Assembly (NCBI RefSeq): GCF_009914755.1 | Contig: NC_060934.1 | Source: the human T2T-CHM13v2.0 reference genome, Homo sapiens | Length of the DNA stretch: 64,000 nucleotides | Reading direction: 5' to 3' (one strand) | Shown here: piece after piece, positions 56,590-64,000 of the stretch | How the letters are laid out: each line of letters starts with the position of its first letter | How positions within the stretch are numbered: position 1 is the stretch's first letter | Made by a program: the position numbers and the translations under genes | Notes under the pieces: model-generated | Database searches by the model: none | Told to the model about the DNA's origin: nothing | Seen by the model: the letters and a program-made list of their open reading frames with translations, nothing else

Positions 56590-57820
56590 AAAAATCACCT
56601 ACTGTGTATTTAATATAAGGTAGCATGCTAAGCACTGAAATATAGAGATGAATGGAACAAGACTTATGTTTCCACATTTTTCACAGTCAAGTTAGGGAGA
56701 CAAATGAGCGGACAAATACAAACAAAGAATTGGCAAACCATGAAATGTAAACTTTTCCTAAAGTCCATGAAGAATCATGGAAGGGTTTAGCAGAGATATG
56801 CTCTGACCTCGTCAGTCCGATGGCTTTGTGCAAGATGGCTGGGTGGGGGCACCTAACACCAGAGACAGGCAGACTGTTGGGGAAGTTTTTGAAATCTTCT
56901 AGGTAAGAAAAACAATGAGGGGTTGACCCAGGCTGTGATAAGAAGGAAAGGAAAAATTGGAAGATATGTAGATTAATTTCAGATATAAATGGATGGATGA
57001 GTGATTGGATGTGGGTATTGAAAAACAGGAATAATAAAGATGACTCATGGATTGGTGGTCTAGCTAGGCCCAAAAGGATGGTGGAGGCATTGGTGAGAAG
57101 GGACACCCAGGAGCACGAACGAGGCTCTGGGGAAAGAGGGAAAGTTCAATTTTGAGTATGTGGACTTTGAGGAGCCCATGTAACCTTCTGGTGGAGCTAA
57201 TAGGTCAAAAGGGCTATAAGGCTCTGACACTCAGAAAGGAGATTTGTGTTGGGGATAGAGGTTTGGGAATCTCAGTGTTGATGGGAGAGTCAAGGAAGAG
57301 TAGAGAGAATATAGGACATGTGAAGGAAATCCTGAGATGTGCAGCGTGGGGGAGTGGAGAGGATACAGACTTTGCAATCAGAACATCAGCACTCATGTCT
57401 GACAGTTCGTGAGCTCTCAAAAAATCACAAACCCCAATGCCATAATTCCCATCAGGGTGAGGCTCTGTCTTCTTCATCTTTGTATCACAACATCTAGCAC
57501 CGTTTCCTGCACACAGTAGGTGTCCAATCATGCACTTACTGGATGAAAGAGGGCCCCACGAAGCAACAGTGGCCTGATGGGGAAACCAAAAGCAGGAAAA
57601 CGGTTTCAAGGAAGAGGGTGTGGTCACAGTGTCACTTGCAGTCAAAGGTTAAGTAAGACTGAGAAGGGTCCAGTAGATCCGGCAATCAGTGGGTCATTCG
57701 TGACCGTGGGGAGAGCCATGGTGGAATGCAGGGAGTTGAGGGGTGAGCAGCAGGTAAAACGGGGTGGCAGTGAGTTGCTCCATTACTTTTCTATGAAGTT
57801 AAGCAGTGAGGGGGAAAAGA
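56590..57820 (-). mobile_element. Degenerate L2 region with nested MIR/L2 pieces at about 57340-57550
   Basis: GA-rich antisense L2-like motifs (AAGTTCAATTTTGAGTATGTGGACTTTGAGG; GGGTCATTCGTGACC). Confidence 0.55.
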
Positions 57821-58400
57821 GACACTCGCCGCCAGCATGTGGTTAGTACCCTGTAAATTACAGAGGTTATTAGTGTTCAACAGAGGCATCCTCAACAGGT
57901 CACTTGGCTCCTACCCTCTATCCTTAGCCAGCCTGGGAACATCCCTTCAGCAGCCCAGGCCTGAGCAGAAGCTGGTTGCCCCCAGTCTCTCAGGCAGCAG
58001 TTTCCATAAAGCTCTTATTAATGGAACCCCCAAATCCGTCTGCCTTATAACTCCCATTCATTGGTTCTCCTCCAGTTTGGCCTTCTCCAGCCGCAAGTTA
58101 CATCCGTTGTAACTGCTCCATTTTCATGAGCCATGAAGAAAACAAAGGAAAGAACAAAGGCTGCTGTTGGAAACACCTGATTCTCAGGTAGTTTTATCCC
58201 ATTTTCTTGGCCTTTCTTGAAACTTTGATATATGCCATCAACCAAAATTATGGTCTCATAATTTCCACCAGTTGGTAAAAACTTAGGAGGTGAGAGCATT
58301 TGCAGGTAACATGAAATTGGATCCCAAAACATGCTTTAACTGCGGGCTGTTAGGAGTACAGCAGGAAAATCACAAAATTGTGCTTATTGAAACTAATTTA

Positions 58401-58704
58401 GGCTGGGTGAGGGGGCTCACATCTCTAAATCCCAGCACTCTGGGAGGCCGAGGTGGGAGAATCACTTGAGCACAGGAGTTCAAGACCACAAGCCTGGGCA
58501 ACACAGTCAGATCCCCCGATCTCTACAAAATAAAAAAAAAAATTAGCTGGGCATGGTGGCATGTACCTGTAGTTCCAGCTACTTGGGAGGCTGAGGCTGG
58601 AGGATCACCTGAGCCCTGGAGGTCAAGGCTGCAGTGAGCTGTGATTGTTCTACTGCACTCAGCCTGGGCAACAAAGGGAGACCCTGTTTCTGAAAAAAAA
58701 AAAA
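58401..58704 (+). mobile_element. AluJ
   Basis: J-type arms; degenerate TSD ending TAATTTA. Confidence 0.95.
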
Positions 58705-59254
58705 GGAAGTAATTTATATAAGTAAACTATTTAGAAAAAAAGGCAAAGTAGTTTCATAAGCAAAATAAAATAATATTTTTTCCCTTTCCTTTCAACTTTT
58801 TTTTTTCTCATTTGGGAAGAGAAACAAATAAATTTGGGCCCAGGAAAAGTTTTGATTTCTGTACTTAAAATTTTAAAAGCATAATGGAGATAGCTAATCT
58901 GTCAACCATAGACATTTACTTAATTAACTCTTAAAAATGTAAAAACATTGGTTTATTTGATTTACTATTATATATCCATTACTGCCATAATTTTAACAGT
59001 GGATAATTTATGGTTTCTCTATAAATCAAGGCTTGGGGAATTATTTTAAAGTTAGCTTTCGATATTTATTCACTGTCTAGGCTCATCTAATGGAAGATCC
59101 TTTGGTGCCTTTAACTTTAGAAGCAGAAATTACAAGTTGATCCATTTCCATCTGAAAATATATCAGTTTTTCATGCTACAGTGAAATGTCTGTAGCATGG
59201 ACTTAAAGTGTTTAAAAAAGTTAGTCTGGTTGTTGACATGATTTAAAACCGCAG

Positions 59255-59255
<1 letters not shown>

Positions 59256-59331
<76 letters not shown>
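59256..59331. repeat. (TG)22(TA)16 compound microsatellite
   Basis: Read directly from the sequence. Confidence 0.97.
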
Positions 59332-59336
<5 letters not shown>

Positions 59337-60331
59337 TTAATAAAATCCAGTCTTCATTGCCCTAGAAACAGGTACATTAACATGTGGTTAAGTTCTAACC
59401 ACAAGTCTTACAAGGCCCAACTTCCCAGGCCTGTTCCATTTTACTTTTTCTTTTTTTTTGTCGTTGCAGTTTCTTGTTTGTGGCCACGAAACTGCATTGG
59501 CATTAATGCACCTCATCAGAGTTACAGGTTTCATGAGAAGTCTTTAAAAAACTGGATGAGAGGCTGCAGCCCCTTCCAGCTGCAGTAGAGGCGTGATTCA
59601 CCCGAGGACCGGGTACTTTCCACAAACTGAGGGCGGGGAGACTGTCCTTGCATGCTTCAGGCCCTGACGCAGGCCTGAAAGCCAAACTCCTCCCGGCCCA
59701 CCCATTTAGCCATAGGCTTCAGAAACCTGTTTCTGTGTGGTTGGGAAAGAGCAGAGGGTGGGATTCCTTGAGGATGGCTCACTGCTTTCCTCTGTGACCC
59801 TTGAATACTTTTGTCCCAGGTTTAAACTGGTCAAACCTTTCTTCCTTAACCCATGAAGGGAAAGCCAGGCCTTATCTCTTCTCAGTTGGGAAAGTAACAT
59901 TGACGCGATCTGTCCACATTCACTGAGATATCTCCTCTGCGCAGCCAAGGAATGAGACTGAAATGCATTTTGTGATTCACTGTACAAATATTGAACATCT
60001 GTTCCGCGTCCGGAATGTGGCGGTCACTGCCGATACCAAGGTGGGAAACCATCTACTCTCCAGCCGTTCACAGCTTAGCCTAGAAAACAAAACTGCTCAA
60101 AACCATGAAGACAAGGCTGAAAATTATGTGTCATAAAAGTAACATAAGTAAGGCGCTGTGGGAGTGAGAGGAGGTGTACTTGGTTAAGAAGGCTGAGAGT
60201 GAGGAATGAGAGAAGGCTTCATGGAGGCGGTGACCTTTGAGCTGGCACTTGGAGGATGTCCAGAGCTTCACTGTCAGAGAATCAGTGACCTGGCTTTTCA
60301 AGTTTTCTGAGAAAACAGAAAGTGTCACTAA

Positions 60332-60696
<365 letters not shown>

Positions 60697-60712
60697 CATC
60701 TTAAGAATTTTT

Positions 60713-61950
60713 GCTAGCCATATGCAAAAAATTGAAACTGGGCCCTTCCTTACACCATACACAAAAAGTAACTAGAGATGGATTAAAGACTTACAGGTAA
60801 AACCTCAAACTATAAAAACCCTGGAAGACAATCTAGGCAATACCATTCAGGACATAGGCATGGGCAAAGATTTCATGACAAAGAGACCAAAAGCAATTGC
60901 AACAAAAGCAAAAATTGACAAATGGGATCTGATTAAACTAAAGAGCTTCTGCACAGTAAAAGAAACTATCAACCAGAGTAAACAGAGAGTCTACAGAATG
61001 GGAGAAAATTTTTGCAAACTATGCTTCTGACAAAGGTCTAATATCCAGGATCTATAATAAACTTAAACAAATTTATAAGAAAAAAACCCCATTAAAAAGT
61101 GGGCCAAGAACATGAACAGATACTTCTCGAAATAAAACATATATGTGGCCAACAAGCATATGAAAAAAAGCTCAACACCACTGATGATTAGAGAAATGAA
61201 AATCAAAACCACAGTGAGATACCATCTCACACCAGTCAGAATTGGCTATTGCTACAAAGTCAAAAAGATAACAGATGCTGGTGAAGTATTGGAGAAAAAG
61301 GAACACTATACACTGTTGGCCAGAGTGTAAATTAGTTCAACCATTGTGGAAGACAGTGTGGCAATTCTTCACAGACCTAAAGACAGAAGCACATTCAAAA
61401 CAGCAATCCCATTACTGAGTATATGCCCAAATGAATGTAAATCAGTCTATTGTAACATACACATGCATGTGTATGTTCATTGCAGCACTATTCACAATAG
61501 CAAAGACATGGAATCAATGCAAATGCCCATCAGTGATAGACTGGATAAAGAAAATGTGGTAGATAGATACCATGGAATACTATGCAGCCATAAAAAAGAA
61601 CAAGAGCATGTCCTTCACAGGGACATGCATGGAGCTGGAAGCCATTATTTTTAGCAAACTGTTGCAGGAACAGAAAACCAAACATCACATGTTCTCACGT
61701 ATAAGTGGGAGCTAAATGATGAGAACACATGGACACACAGAGGGGAACAACACACACTAGGGCCTATTGGAAGGTGGAAGGTGGGAGGAGAGAGAGGATC
61801 AGGAAAAATAACTAATGGGTACTAGGCTTAATATCTGGGTGATGAAATAATCTGTACAACAAACCTCCATGACACACATTTACCTGTGTAACAAACCTGC
61901 ACAACCTGCACGTACACCCCCGAACTTAAACTAAAAATTTTTTTAAAAAA
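60713..61950 (+). mobile_element. 5'-truncated L1PA (older primate subfamily), ~1.24 kb, ORF2 disrupted
   Basis: ORF2 C-terminal remnants ([18 protein letters not shown]), 3' UTR and tail; degenerate TSD AAGAATTTT..CTAGC. Confidence 0.96.
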
Positions 61951-62340
61951 GAATTTTGACTAGCAATTGATGTATAAAGCAAAATGCTCTTCCTTTTTAC
62001 CATCAAACATCATTCTCCTGTATTAAATGACATTACCATGAGATCATTCTTTATGTTTACAACCTAATTTTTTATTTTTTTCTCCTTAGTCTTCAACGGG
62101 GATTAAAGATAGCCAGCCATCTTTGACCGTATCATAAAGTTGTTGTTGTTCAAAAGCTACCTCACATTGGGTTATCCACTTAAAAAGGAATCTATAGAAT
62201 AGAGAATAGAGAAGTTGCTAATTACTAAGTGTGTTTGAATCAATACGCCTAGGGCTATGTCAAAAACACAAAGTGAGCTCAAGTCTGTACCCCAAGGTCT
62301 GCCATAAAGCACATACTTGGAAATTAAAAAGAAAATCCCC

Positions 62341-62747
<407 letters not shown>

Positions 62748-62892
62748 TCATTGCTGATCTTCTAGCCCAAATATAAACCACAGCTACCAAAGGCAACACA
62801 CTGCATGTTCATTATTCTGAGCATAATAAAAAGAAGTTCCTTGCAGTGAATGAAATGTAGCCTTGGATATGGTTCCCAAAGCAGGCTGTGAG

Positions 62893-63038
62893 GGCCGGCC
62901 ATGGTGGCTCACAGCCTGTAATCCCAGCACTTTGGGAGGCTGAGGCAGGAGGATCACTGGAGCTCAGCAGTTCAAGCCTAGCCTGGGCAACGCAGTGAGA
63001 CCTCATCTCTAAAAATAAAAAATAACAAACAAACAAAA
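62893..63038 (+). mobile_element. FLAM / Alu left monomer
   Basis: Single monomer with a (CAAA)n tail; TSD AAAGCAGGCTGTG. Confidence 0.9.
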
Positions 63039-63494
63039 ACTCCAAAAGCAGGCTGTGGGATCTCGTGCTTGGAAATCTTGAAGACGGCATTGATGGTCAC
63101 CTTGGTGAGTGTGGTCCTGCCTGGGGCCAGGTGTTCAGTGAGGCGACCCCTGTGGCTTCTTCTCCCCTCATGTTCCCAGGAGCCTTCTGAGTCACCAGCG
63201 TTTCGGTTTGATTACTAAACCAAGTCCATTCTCTTGAGAATGCTTTTCAACAATAGTTCAGAGATGGCATGAGCCAAAAATCACGTTAAAAGTGACCTCA
63301 CTTCCTTAACAGCTATTGACTTGTGTCCTCTAAAGAGGGTGAGGGAAGGGGAAGAGGAAAACCTTTATTCAGCTTCTTTCCTCAGATAGACCAGAAACCA
63401 CCAAGGAAAGCAGCAAATCATCACAGCCCAGGGGTCGGAGCCAGTGGAGGTTTTGATTCTTATTTCTGATATTTACTTGGACTATGGCACATCT

Positions 63495-63630
63495 CCCCAA
63501 ACCAGTGCTTCCTCCTCTGTTCGATAGAGATAAAAATAATAGTGATCCGTCCATCACAGTGGTTGTGAGGATTAACTGAGATAACAAATTTAACATACAT
63601 GGTATACAATACGTGCTCAATAAATGGTGG
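63495..63630 (+). mobile_element. MIR 3' part
   Basis: GGTTGTGAGGATTAACTGAGATAAC...GTGCTCAATAAATGG. Confidence 0.7.
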
Positions 63631-64000
63631 CTCAAAGGGGAAAAGCAGACCCAGCTACTGCTACTGCCACATCTCAGATCCCCACACTGTGTATATCCCT
63701 GGTTTGCTAAATGTCTAATGTGACACGGGAGATGCAAAAGGAGAAATAATTTGGTCTTACGCTGCCTTTCAGGAGACTGGAAACCTTGGGAGGTGAACCC
63801 AGTGAGAAGGCAGAGCTCAGAAGAACTGGAATTAGCAGCGCCATGGAGAGAAACTGGATGCCCAGCAGGTCCGTTCTATAAATGCTGGATGCGTTGGTAA
63901 GTGCATTATTGTAGGTGGGATTTGAACTGGGTCTTGACTGATGGAAACAAACATGAGTAAAACTGCAAGGGCAAGTGGAAGATGGGCATGTGTGTGGGGC

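Overview
This window looks like primate, most likely human, non-coding DNA from a large intron or intergenic region. It is AT-rich and dominated by interspersed repeats: about 17 Alus plus 2 FLAM-like monomers (J, S and Y ages, many with intact target-site duplications, TSDs), L1 3' fragments, MaLR LTRs (THE1/MST/MLT1), L2, MIR, MER58 and a partial MADE1, plus many microsatellites. I can support no protein-coding exon, RNA gene or CRISPR array. The supplied ORFs are Alu, L1 or low-complexity translations, or chance ORFs. The one gene-like landmark is a CpG-rich promoter-like region at about 24.8-26.3 kb. It has splice-donor motifs on both strands and a TATA/MEF2 element, and is flanked by a (CA)n tract and a ~200 bp polypyrimidine tract. 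I could not identify the host gene. The most interesting structures are a 193 bp non-TE duplication with uneven divergence, an old twin-primed L1 that keeps its TSD, a near-consensus AluY inserted into an L1's TSD, and a ~545 bp quasi-palindromic AT-rich repeat. I found no convincing evidence of a new biological system. Repeat subfamily calls are from memory of consensus sequences, and boundaries of old elements are approximate.
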